NCBI GenBank assembly: GCA_040954595.2
Contig: CM082576.2
Span: 13,023,129 to 13,087,128 of the forward strand
DNA: 64,000 nucleotides
Direction of reading: 5' to 3'
Source of the DNA: Balanoglossus misakiensis
Lineage: Eukaryota; Animalia; Hemichordata
This document shows positions 25,806 through 37,807 of this stretch, piece after piece. The notes under the pieces are model-generated. The model searched no databases. It had not been told where the DNA came from and was given only the letters and a program-made list of their open reading frames with translations. A program made the position numbers and the translations under genes. Positions within the stretch are counted from its first letter, which is position 1, and every line of letters starts with the position of its first letter.

Positions 25806-28558
25806 ATATTCAAAGCACACTCATAGCATTTTACTCTGAAAATAATTCTAGCGTGATCTCACTGGGGATCAATTAAAAAGATCACATGATGCATTAGATT
25901 GATACTGGAATTCACAAATCTTCCTCAAAGTAGATACTTTGTGCCTGACAGAAAGGATCAAAGTTTAAATCATTGAAACTCCTGGTGAATTGGTTTCAAA
26001 ACTGCATTTAGTGTGAATTTTTCGATTCTTTGATGTTTGTAGGTGCCTTGCCTATATAGTGTACATGAAAGCTTTATTCAAAAGTTATATTGTGATATGT
26101 GAATTCTTTAGAGTCCTGAGACAGGAGACATGTACCAGTAGTTAAAAATTTCATTTTTGGCCGATTAAACTCCATACTAAAAACCACTTCAAATCTTATC
26201 AACTAACCAAGTTCAAACATTTTACTTTTACACATAATTAGTCTGTATCACTATCAGTGATCATTACAGATATGATAATATACCATCCCATACTAGTAAC
26301 TGATTCCAAATAACAACCTGTTAAAATCTTCTCGACACTTATCAACTTGCCAAGTTCAAACATTTCACTTTTACACATAATTAGATGTATCCGTGATCAT
26401 TACAGATATGAAAATATACATGTAGATACCCATTGCATCCATTTCAAAATTATTGCCACTTTTAATGGACAATTTCTTACAGGTTCAACCCTGTTACATA
26501 ATAACATGCCATCTTAAGAGATGAACAATATCTTGGAATATCCAGCATTACATGTAACCTTCAACATCCTTACAGAAAGTCCTAATTCATACATTTGCTT
26601 TAAAAATCTTGTTGGAAAACAACCTTCCAATTCAGTTTTTACACTCCATAATTATACAACAATGTGACCTAAAAGTCGTATTGACTGCAACAACACAGAC
26701 ATTAGTTGTCTTTTGGCCAATGTTGAAAACGAGATATTGTCCACACGCATCATTGCCTGGTATCCATGCAATATTCAAACTAGTAGACTAAAAGGGTTAC
26801 CTTCGCACCAAATATCCAGACAGATAACCCTCTTGTACATTGCAATCTCCACGGCAGAGCCTACTTTGGAATTCTATCAAATGTTTCTCTCTTGCTTTTA
26901 AGAATTTTATAACTAAAACTACAATCACCCAAGTGCTCTACACCTAAACAAAACACAAAAGTAAGTTGTTTTTTTATTATTATTTTTTTTTCATCATTTT
27001 ACCATGGACTGTCCAGAGTAAAATGTGTATAGATTTTTTGAAAGATGATGAAGTGTTTCAGTTTTGAGAGTTTCATGAACACAAATGGTCAGGGCCTTTG
27101 AATGCCAAAGAATATTTCAGTGAAGGCAGGAATAGAAAACCTCCATTTTGGAACGGGGAGACTGGCTAAATACACAGCATGTCCACCACAGTGTTGTGGG
27201 TGCTGTGTGACATCTGGATTTCATGAACACAGGAATTTCAAAATACACGATGGAAGATGTTGCAAATTGGACACGCAAAAACCTGGAATGTTTCATCAGA
27301 CTGACCATTTTGGTCTTTGGATGGATGACCATTACCCCATGATAGCGGTTTCAACTCTCAGACCATCATAAACATCATTGCATCTTTCCTTTTTTTTAAC
27401 ACATTGAGTGAAAGGAAGAACAAAATTTGATCATTTTGTTTTTTGTACCCCACTGAATAAAAGTTATGTCGTGAGGTGAAAGAAAACTTAAATATCTATG
27501 GCATTCATACGAACACACCTTTAATACAGTAGTATGTTACAGACATGTTCGTTTTCGTATCAATAACACTATTAAACACAAATTTTCAAGTGCTTGCTGA
27601 GGATCAATAGCCCTACCACTCCCTTCATTGTTTTGTGTTTGGAAGTTTTCACACAAAATGAATTGGCCTATGTAGCTGACTTGCTGATTCTGAGAAACTT
27701 TAGTTTTCCATTTTTTTCTTGTTTTCCTTAATGTTTTGTTTTGTTTTGTTTTATTTACTTGTTACAATTTGTTTGTTGTTGTTGTGCTTTTCTTCACTTG
27801 TATATTTGGGGAAGTGGCTTTGTATAGGTGATTTGCACCTATCCTATGTAGACATATTTTCTGCTTTGCCATGGATGAATCTTATAAAAAATAAAGACAA
27901 AAAAATATATAAAAAAAGAGCAGTGCACCTGTAACAAATAGTTACAGGATACAAAGCGTCTACTGGTTCACTCTACAGAAATTTCCAGGCCGGCATACAA
28001 ATCATGCCAAAGCTCAAGCTCTTCTTCCAAATCAAGAAATAAAACAAGTTGATGAAAAATAAACCTAACTGATAGCTGTTGCAGCCACTATCTAGTATAA
28101 CTGCAGATACTTAGGCAGTCTACTTTCATTTTCAACTTACTCCTAATCTTCCTAGCTGTTGTGCGACTGTGTAAAGCAGTTGACCAAGCAGAAACAACGT
28201 TACCAGGTAACCAGTGGTAACACGAAATTTTATAAATACTTTACAGCTGCAGTTAAGCAAGCTTTGCATAAACTTTTGAAATAAATAGAAACCCCAATTA
28301 ACTGGACCAGAGAGAAAGCAGTGACAAAAGAAATAAAAGTGATAAGATCAATATTTTTTTTAAAATATTATTTCATCGCTAAGTCTGCATACGGCCAACC
28401 TAAAAGATAGACATGACTGATGCAAGGAAATTAAACCCTGCTGTTCGAATCAGTGCTTTCTCTGGTTCAGTGAAAATGGGTGATCCATAAATAGAATAAA
28501 TTGCAATGCAGGAAACGTAATCCAAGGGGCATCAGTCTTCAGCAGACTCACCATTTAA

Positions 28559-29258
28559 CCCTTTCACCAACATGGTTTGGTCCAAATCCAATTTTTCTTA
28601 AAGGGGAAATCCGTCGTAGCTGATTTCTACATAATTTGGTAGCTTTGATGTCACTCTTTCAGAAAAAAACATATTCGCCATGTATAGGTCGCGCGATTTT
28701 TTACAAAATCTAGGGAAATTTCCAATATGGCGTTTACTGTAATTTGAATCATGGGAAAAAAGCGCCAGGACCAACTTCCGCCCACCATGGTGTGGGTGAT
28801 ACCATTCTCCGATAGGTGTCACTGGGCGACAGACTAGGCGTATTTTCATAGCTATTGTTTGTTCTTTGCATCAGTTGATAAACAATCATCAGCAAAGTCG
28901 AAAATTTGTCATCTATTGACAGTTTTCATGAGCTATAACCCATGGAAAATATGCAAATACGCTTAGCTTGTGAGGCAGTGACACCAATCGGAAAATGGTA
29001 TCACCCACACTAAGGTGGGCGGAAGTTGGTCCTGGCGCTTTTTTTCCCATGATTCAAATTACAGTAAACGCCATATTGGAAATTCTGCCAACTTTCCCTA
29101 GATTTTGTAAAAAATCGCGCGACCTATACATGGCGAATATGTTTTTTTCTGAAAGAGTGACATCAAAGCTACCAAATTATGTAGAAATCAGCTACGACGG
29201 ATTTCCCCTTTAAATAACAGTAAAGTTGGACCCATACAGAGGGTATGGGATGAAAGGG
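28559..29258. mobile_element. Tiny (~88 bp) piggyBac-like MITE interrupted by a larger MITE
   Basis: TTAA|CCCTTTCA... at 28555-28566 and ...TGAAAGGG|TTAA at 29251-29262, i.e. TTAA target duplication with CCC/GGG termini. Confidence 0.7.
28602..29209. mobile_element. Palindromic TTAA-flanked MITE (T2/Kolobok-type AGGGG termini), copy 1
   Basis: TTAA TSD at 28598-28601 and 29210-29213. About 250-bp inverted arms begin AGGGGAAATCCG and end CGGATTTCCCCT. A near-identical copy lies at 59577-60195. Confidence 0.92.
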
Positions 29259-29854
29259 TTAAATCTTACTCACTGACATTAGTTTATTTTAGTTTCTTTC
29301 GATAGACTACCAATCTGCTGTTCTGTGCAATGGCACTGAAAGCTCAATCACCAGCTGATACAATCCATCACCAGGGTTCTGCCCAGCATGACTTGAGTGC
29401 AGGCAACTTCATACTCATTAATATTCATGCTCATTCATATTCATATCTGTTGCAAGTCATAACCATTCATCAATAGATTTGATTGAGTGCACAATAGTGT
29501 CTGCTAGCAGTCTTTGTTTGCTAGCTAATTTCTCTGCCCTCCGCCACTGTCAGGCGTAGGCAGAACCCTGCCACTTACACTCTGTATGTGGACATACCAT
29601 ATACTACACAATTTATGGTATTGACCTAAAAACATGAATCTTACTATGACAATTTTAAGGCACTGATTAGTGTCCATGTACAGGGTGTAATGCAAGTCAA
29701 AAGAACAACCCAGTGACTGAGCCCATTCCAATGGGTAGAGCAACATGGCGATTTTCAACAGAATCTAAAATAACCAAAGACAGTCAGCGACTTTGCCCCC
29801 TTACCAATTACATTTGTAACAACAACAAGACAAAAGACAACAACCAAGACCTTA

Positions 29855-32800
29855 TCATAACTTGCGGGGGCAGAAGGCCTTGTAGTGACCAGGCTGGCCA
29901 CAATTGAAACACGTACGGCCACCATGATATCTTCCTTTGGCCGTTGGTGACTTTGGCTTGGCCATTGAGCGTCTGGACACTGGTGTTAGGTGAGGACGTA
30001 CTGTCTCATTGAGAGTGACTGATGTGCTCTGCAGTGGTGGAGGTTGCTTGACGGCCGATGAGTAGGATGCCGTCCCTTCCTTACCAGTGCCTCGAGTTGG
30101 TCGTTGACTTGGCTGTCCGTTAGTTGTCGTGACAGATACTTTACCAGCATTACTTACAACGGATATGGTAGAACTCACGCTTGTGGTCTCGATTTCTGCA
30201 CCAGACAATGTCCTTTCAATTGTTATCTTTTGCTAAAGAACAGATAAAATTAACAAGAAATTAATTATGGTGAATGATTCACAAATAAACAGTTACTATA
30301 CGATTATGTTGAAAATTTGCAGGGAGTGTGTCTGGTTCTAATAAGCAACTCACCCAACTCGAATCACCCAGATCGGACGTTTCATCAGGTGTGCCATCGC
30401 ATCCCCCGATGGCTCCCAACAAACTCTCATCCCCGGAGACTCCCAATAATCTCTCATCATTCTGGCCAGGTTGACCGGTCTCGCTGATGGCACTAGCGAT
30501 GCACTCGGTGGCTTTTTCATTGGCGGTCCGGATCAGCACGTCGGCCAGGCGCCTCAGGTTGGCCGTTGCATCCTGCATCCCGATCAGACCCAGCATCTCC
30601 ACAGCATCATCACCACAGAGGTCATGGATGTTGTTCACCAGGTCCTCGCGACTGAGCTCAGTCAACTTTCTCCCCGGAGTAAACTGTGCCAAGGGAGCCG
30701 CTGTTTGTCTTTGCTGGCTGCTGTCACCCTTCAGTTCTCTTAGGGCCTTGGTAACATCCTTCCCAATCAGTACACATTGTGCTGACTGCATAAGTACAAC
30801 TGTATCACAAACATAAGTTTTCATGTCAATTCTTTTATGCTGTGCTGAGAAATACTCGTTTAATGAATGCATCTTTTGGCAATTTTTACACAATTTTTGG
30901 TACTGACTGACAAAAAATTAAATGTTACAAGCATTCATGTGGCATGTCTGCTACTTACAAGTAACATGGCATGAGTTGAGTTGTAATAACTTCTTATGCA
31001 GCATTTCATTGAACAGAACAAAATAAGCACCATAGAGTTTAAACACAAACTGGTGGACATTTTGAATTAAACTTTGCAACAATTTTGCTCTTTTGTTCAA
31101 ATTTTGCATGGTGAACCGCAATTTCCATTCTCAGGGGGTAAAAACCTTAAATTGGTTTGACCAAAATAAGAGAAAACTGAGATTTTCGAGGCGCATTATG
31201 ATCACACAACGTTCACATTTGTTACCTGGTTCTGGTGTCTCCTGTATTCCTGATGCAACACCATTGCTGATCTTCTTTTCATCCTCCCTTGCTTCTAAGT
31301 AGTCAGTGCCATCTTTCATCATCTTCAAACGCATTTCATGCGATGGCCTGTACTGCGACATTTTCAGTTCGTCTTCCAGTTTCTGGTTCTGTTCTTCAAG
31401 CCAGGCAATCACCTTCCTCTGTTCCCGCAACTCTTTCTCAATTTTCTCCAGTTTGTCCAGGCAACCTTTGGTTTCTTCCTGATGTTCTTTCAAATGTCGG
31501 ATTTCTTCTTTCTGTTTCTCATTTTCTTCCTAGAAATTTTCAACATTGTACTGATAACTCCAACTGCTGTATTTTACATGTATTAATCATTTAATATTTG
31601 GGATACTATCAAGGGCCTACTAATTATGCAATATCAAAATAGGCAAGTGTTACGTGAGGATTAATTTTTGCATACTCGTATTTCTACGCATCTGTATCTC
31701 TGTAAATATATTACGCGACCTTTTATTTTCACATTTTTGTTACTCTCGCGTATTTCGTGAAAATTTATTGCTCGCGAAAATAACCTGTTTTACAGTATTT
31801 CATCAAATGAAAACTGCTGGAAACCAAATTAATGGCTGTACCCACCTGTAGCTTGATGAATTGGCCTTTAAATTCTTTAAATTCTTGTATTTCTCTCTGC
31901 ATATCCTGTATCTGTTTTTCCATCTCCACAACAATTCCAAATTGGTTGTCCATCTTTGGTCTTTCACTCTGTAACTCTGTTATTTGTCGCTTGTTTACTG
32001 TGCATTCAAGAGCCAGAGATTCATGCTGTCTTTCATAGTGCAACTGAAGCATACGTAGATGTTCAGCAACTCTATTATGAAGGTGAAGCCCATGTTCTCT
32101 TCTGGTGCCCTGTACACAACGATACAACAAACAATGTCTCACCTCAGACAATACTTAAGTTGCTGAAGCCACAGAGATCATGGGAATTGTGGCAGCATAC
32201 AAACTGACTGCAGTACATGCACACAACAGAGTGGAACTTTATGAATTTTCACCACACTCATATTTAAGTAAAAATTACATAACATAGGCTGTAGCATGGC
32301 ACACACATATTCTTTCCGTCAATGTATGTAATATGACATATTTGGCATTTTCTGCTTCCATAGAAGACTAATGATACAAATACAAACAGTTCCCTAAATC
32401 CTGTGACACTTGAGTATAATACATGAAAACAGAAATGCACACATATTTTTTCACAGCACACACAGAACACAGCACTCAACGTCAAACCACACATAACAGT
32501 ACACTATAAACTGGAGCTGTTTTCCATAAAAACTTCACTACAATAGGAAAACAGTCAACAGCAAAACATATCACTCAATTACCAACTTTCTCACATTCAT
32601 TTCACCATCCATGGGCATATACATGTACAGTCTTCTAAGTGCATGCATCCTGTTATTGAAGCTCAGAGTTTTGTAAGATCTTCACCTGAAAGGAGCAGCC
32701 ACTCAGTTTGAAGACGCACTGCACACGTACTAGCGGACATTCTTGCAAATGGCTCTCCAGCTGAATTAGTAAAGACAAATCATGAATTGGGATGAGGATC

Positions 32801-34923
32801 AGTCACAGAATTAGTTGTGAAAAAAGTCTTGATTTTGCCAGGTTTGTAGTCTGACTTCAGAAATTTTGAGCTAATACTGCAAAATCATATTTTATGGGAC
32901 AACTGGATCCACACAATCAAGGATTTCCACTTTGACCAACTATGAAAACAAGTTTTGCAAATGCATTGGTACAATACTTCCAAATGTAACTGCCTGAACA
33001 AATAAAAAAATCCATTCTGAAAAATTAGCTTCTTTTATCACAACAGTACAAATGTAGTTTTATACCAACATCTACAAACAAAATTTGTATATATTGATTG
33101 CACATGCGAGTGGTTTTTGCTGGTGTAAGACTGGCTAGAGTTTTGAATACTGATAATTCTTTACCTGGTTCTTCTGAAATGTTTCTTCATGATTACAATT
33201 TTCAGGACATTTCACAGGAACTTTTGTACAAATTTCAGCTTCGTGATTCTACAACAAAACATTATAGAAAATAAACAATTATTATCACAACAATAGCCTG
33301 TTATGTAAATACTAATACTTCAATGTAACATATAATCTGATAGTGTTTACACATATGATGCAAGAAACATGAGACATTTTCGTGAGAAGATGAAAGTGAC
33401 ATGATGTATCACTAGAGACAGTTAAAGGTATAGAGTCACCCATGAAAATGTAGTCACAGTTATCATCAAGTGGAGATCTAACCAATCACATATTTTCAGT
33501 GGATGCACGGCCATGCAAAAAAACACAACTCCAACTTCTTAGACTCAAACACGCCTATTAAATATAAATCATTCAGCCTACTCCTTAGAGTGTCACATGA
33601 CGTCATCAACCATCATGCGGCAAAAATGATCACTAACATATATCTGCTGACATTTGCAGGTGCTTGCTTGGCGGTCACGCACTCACCTGTAATTCCCGAA
33701 ACGTGCATTCGTGCTGGCAATGCGCGCAGGTAACAACTCTGGCAGGGCACTCGTCTGCAAGGTGTTCCTTCAGCTTCCCTCGCTGAAGATTCACGCCGCA
33801 CCCACCGTTTGTGCATTCTACAGGCACCGACTCACAGGAATCTCCAAGGTGATTTTCATAAGTCTTCAGTGCACCTTCCCACTTGCAATGCCCACATATG
33901 ACGATCAACTCCTGCATCTCCCTGTGTGCTGATTTGTCCTCGCGAAATTTGTCTCTGCACAGCTGATCATTACAGTCTGTTGCCGGGCACCTTGCCTCAC
34001 TGCAAGTGATCAGAAAAGCATATTTACATGTCGCAGCTCGCATACATGTCTTTGTCATTCGAATTCCCCCAGATTTTCAATATGACAAAATGGCTCCTTT
34101 TGATAGGTTACATGTATGTCTTACTTCTCAGTGAAATATGCACAATTTATATGTGAATAACTACCACAACTATTTTTGAGGTAGAACACAAATGTATTTC
34201 ACAAATGTTCATGTACCTCAGAACGTGGAATGAGGTAATTGTACATGAGCTCTGACAATAGTCATTGAGTTACTTTAGCCAGCACAAGCACATAGCCTCA
34301 GTTTCAGAAATTAAAATAACCAAACTGATGTCAAAAGTGAGCAACCTAATGTCCTTTTAATACTGCAATGTACAGAGGAAAAATGGGAACAGACTAGACT
34401 AGCACTTGCTATTTTCTGTTCCCAACTACCCTTTCATTCAAACTGATATTTATTCATGTGCTATATAAATATTTTTCACCCAAGGCCTTGAAGGGTAATA
34501 AATCGAAACTGAATTTTATTTGTGATGAATTGGTACCAGTTTACAAAGTGAAAATCTCATTACTGGGGATAAAAAATATGACATTATATAAATAGATGTA
34601 GTTAGTAACTCACTGTACATTTTACTGGACCCTCAAAAAATACAATTTTTTATCCCAATACCGGTAGAGTCAACAGAGTGAAAATAAAACCACAACACCA
34701 CTCCAACTTCTGTTTCCCCAAAAGAGTACATTTCACAGCCAGTTTATACAAAAATAACAGACATGTGACAAGTATATTCTCACCTCACAGCCTCTTCAAT
34801 ACATGACTCACAGAATCTATGTCCACAATTGTTTTGGTACGGTTCCTTCAAGGGATACCTGCACTTGGTACAGATCAAACAATTTTCCAGCTTTTCCTTG
34901 AAGTCAACAAGATAGCCAACCAT
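29855..34923 (-). CDS. Divergent TRAF-family paralogue: RING + TRAF zinc fingers + coiled coil + unrecognised segment + C-terminal CCHC zinc knuckle; no MATH domain; about 682 aa
   Basis: Exons 34923-34784 (CTKC...CGHRFCESC RING), 33999-33687, 33248-33165, 32760-32686 (TRAF-type fingers, e.g. HLADECPARVVTCAHC, HLQECPLVRVQCVFKLSGC), 32109-31846, 31529-31226 (coiled coil), 30844(or 30781)-30354 and 30232-29855 (ends CFNCGQPGHYKAFCPRKL*). All boundaries are GT-AG and phases are consistent with no internal stop. Joining of the last two exons is inferred from phase only. Confidence 0.82.
31650..31797. mobile_element. Partial TACTGTAAAA-ended, CGCGAAA-rich MITE
   Basis: Ends TTTTACAGTA and carries CTCGCGTATTTCG(C/T)GAAA motifs shared with 35863-36068, 45554-45688 and 50347-50420. 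Confidence 0.6.
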
Positions 34924-35838
34924 GATGACAGACGGTTAAACTGTTCTCTACACTTGTGTGGACCTTTATTCAGGTTATTACATAGAATCTGGAAAATGAT
35001 GATAATTAACCCATAAATCAGAAACACTGCTCATTCTATAACACTTAGTCTACACCAATGACCAATCCCTTTAGTTTATTGAACCAACTTATAAACCCCA
35101 CGCAGCCCACCAAATTGGTTAAAATCTGACAGACTATACACATGACATGGACAGACATACATGTACATAAAATGGTACTTTCTTCATACCAGTGCTCCTG
35201 TGTTTGAACATGAATGGAAGTCAAAATATGTTTCCTACTAATATTCATATATAGCTACCGGTATTTTGATTAGAATGTTACTGCATGCAGTCAGCATCGA
35301 TCATCTTGTTCCTGCAGGACACATTATTATTTCAAACCTGGGACATTCGCCTTTTTGTCACCTCTGTACGCTGTGGTGCCAGTATACGCTCACCACCAAT
35401 TTACATACGCCCATATATGGCTGAAATGTATTTGAGTGTTCTAAAGAACGTATGGTGGCGCTCTTTTTTTCGCGTGTGCCACCCACTGAAAATCTGAGAT
35501 TGGCTAGATCTCAATATTTGCCATGGTAACTTTTGCTAAATTTGCCTAGGTGACCGTATAATCGGTGCAGTGTGTGGATTCGCGTTTGTTAGACCCTCAA
35601 ATAGGGGACCTGCGTTCTAAAGTGATTCATTTGAAAATACTCAGAGTATTTCCCGCCTCAAAGATCCTGGAGGCCGAAAGTTCATGTGTTTGACACGGTA
35701 AAAATAGTCATGAAAACAGTGCATTACCTGTGAAACTGCCAATGTCAAAACATTTCCATGATATGTACAACTGCGTCATAAACGAGACGAACACCTCGAA
35801 GTACAAGTGCCGGCGCGACGCGAAATTTAAAAATAGAC

Positions 35839-35849
35839 GGGAAAGTCCC
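35839..35849 (-). promoter_or_regulatory. Canonical NF-kB site at the putative promoter of the TRAF paralogue
   Basis: GGGAAAGTCCC reads GGGACTTTCCC on the minus strand. It lies about 110 bp upstream of a candidate non-coding exon donor (CAG|GTAATG at 35728) that can splice to the acceptor at 34988. Confidence 0.55.
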
Positions 35850-35862
35850 GTCAGGTCCAGTC

Positions 35863-36068
35863 ACAGTAAAACGGGAATATTTTCGCGACATGAAATTTTC
35901 GCGATATCAAAAGAGGCAACTGTTACTCGACGATTAAATTTCGCGTTCTCGTATTTCACTGCATCGTTAGATCTCCGAAAACATTTTTACGCGAACTTTT
36001 TTCGCGTTTTTTGGCTCTCGCGTATTTCGCGAAATTTTATCATTCGCTAAAATTTCCCTTTTACAGTA
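35863..36068. mobile_element. Short TA-flanked MITE (CGCGAAA-rich family)
   Basis: Imperfect TIRs (A)CAGTAAAACGGGAATATTTT and AAAATTTCCCTTTTACAGTA. Internal motifs are shared with three other fragments in the window. Confidence 0.7.
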
Positions 36069-37807
36069 CATGTATATTTCAACCGCTGGCTGCGCTGTGC
36101 CACAAGAAAAGTGTAATCTTTGGGCTTTTCGGCACTCTCTGAATAGCGCACGTTGTGATAAAATATGAAATATGAAGGAAAGTGACTGATTCTCTCTGCT
36201 TGTGCCACGAATCACATTCTTCAGTTCAGGATCGATCAATTTTGACATTGCCAGTGAATGCAATGAGGGCGCTATTCCGACTTCTCAGTGGACTTGCCAG
36301 TGCAGAAACTGGTCTTGTGATTTAAATTCTTTAAGCTTGAGTATTAATTCATAGCAATCATGCATATTCCAAAGATACAAATATTTAAATACTGGATATG
36401 TTGGGTTCTTTATTATTGGCAGTGATAAATGCTCAGTGTTACAAGAAATAAAACGTTACAGGATAATTGTTTTACAGATCAGCGTTCCAATACAAATGTA
36501 AATCATTGCAGTAAAATTTAAAAAACACATGATATATTAAAGTGTTTACTATGAAACTTTCATAAATGTTAGCTAAGGTGTATAGATGAGGCAGACGGCA
36601 ACAAAAATAGTAACAAGGCCACTGTGCTGCCTTTGGAGCAAAATTTGCACAAGCAAGTGTGATATAAAGGCATTACACATGTACATAAATTATGAGATGT
36701 GATAAATGAAAAAATCTGATAAAGATTACTGGCAGTGGGACCTGGCAAATTAAACATCAATACAGATAAAAAGGATAATAATTGGCAATAGAACAATAAA
36801 TTTATGTGGTCATTATTTTTATAAACTGTAAAGTAATAACACTGAAACTTTATATACCTTATGATAATCAATAAAGCACAATCTGGAAATGGTATGTAAC
36901 TCAAATTACAAAAATATACGAATATAACTTTTTTTTAACAAATATTATTCATTGTGGACGTGTGGCTTGGTCAGAGGGAAAATGGGTTTGAAAAGTATTT
37001 TACAGAAATTAATATTGATTTCATGCTAAATGTATATGTATCGTGATCTGGCTATCCTTGGAAATGAGAATGTATAGCGCAGTATGTGGCTATTCAACAA
37101 AGACTACCAAGGGAAGTTGTGTAGCAAACACAGGAGCAGACATGACATTCTACTTATCTACTTGTCCAAAAAGCATTCTACTTATCTACTTGTCCAAAAA
37201 GTTTTTTTTTTCTGTGTAATATTATTACATACACAATGTCATGATGTCTACGTGTACAAACTACATATCATGTCGCCAGAGCGACTGTTGTCAATGGTAA
37301 TGTCAACAGAATTCACATCTACACAGAAAACACCACGGTTAACTGCCTTTGTATCTACCGTACTCACTATGCTGAATTGTTTCTATCCCTATAAACAATG
37401 TTTTATTCCCAGAAACCTAAACTCTCCTTCCTGGGAATGAACTGCGTACGATGAAAACAAATACAGACTTTGGTTTGACATGGGCAACTACTTGAACTTG
37501 GTAGGGAATCTTCAAGAAGTCATTGTATTCATGACAGGCAAATGTTTGATTGTTCCCCCCATATGCGCTGTTCCAGCAACTGTCACTCCTCCATGGAATG
37601 GGGTAACACACACATCCCCTTGTTTGTATTTAAGTCTGCTTTATGTACTTTGTAGGGTTTACTGCATGGTTAACTACTGCACCGTAGTCTTAAAATATCC
37701 ACTGCCCAGGTAAAGCAGTCACATACACATCGGGTTTAGAGTCTGTTGTGTCATCCATCGATCATGACCATTCCATTTTTCTGGTTGCGTAAACTTTCCT
37801 TGGCCAA

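Noticed and set aside
26191-26411. Imperfect direct repeat, two copies about 140 bp apart
   Set aside because: Old local duplication in AT-rich non-coding DNA; not a CRISPR-like array, as it has no constant repeat with unique spacers.
28995-29213. Recurrent ORFs MVSPT...PNYVEISY.GFPL (also 28598-28849, 59573-59881, 59981-60199)
   Set aside because: They are the two arms of the palindromic MITE read on opposite strands; no transposase or other protein motif.
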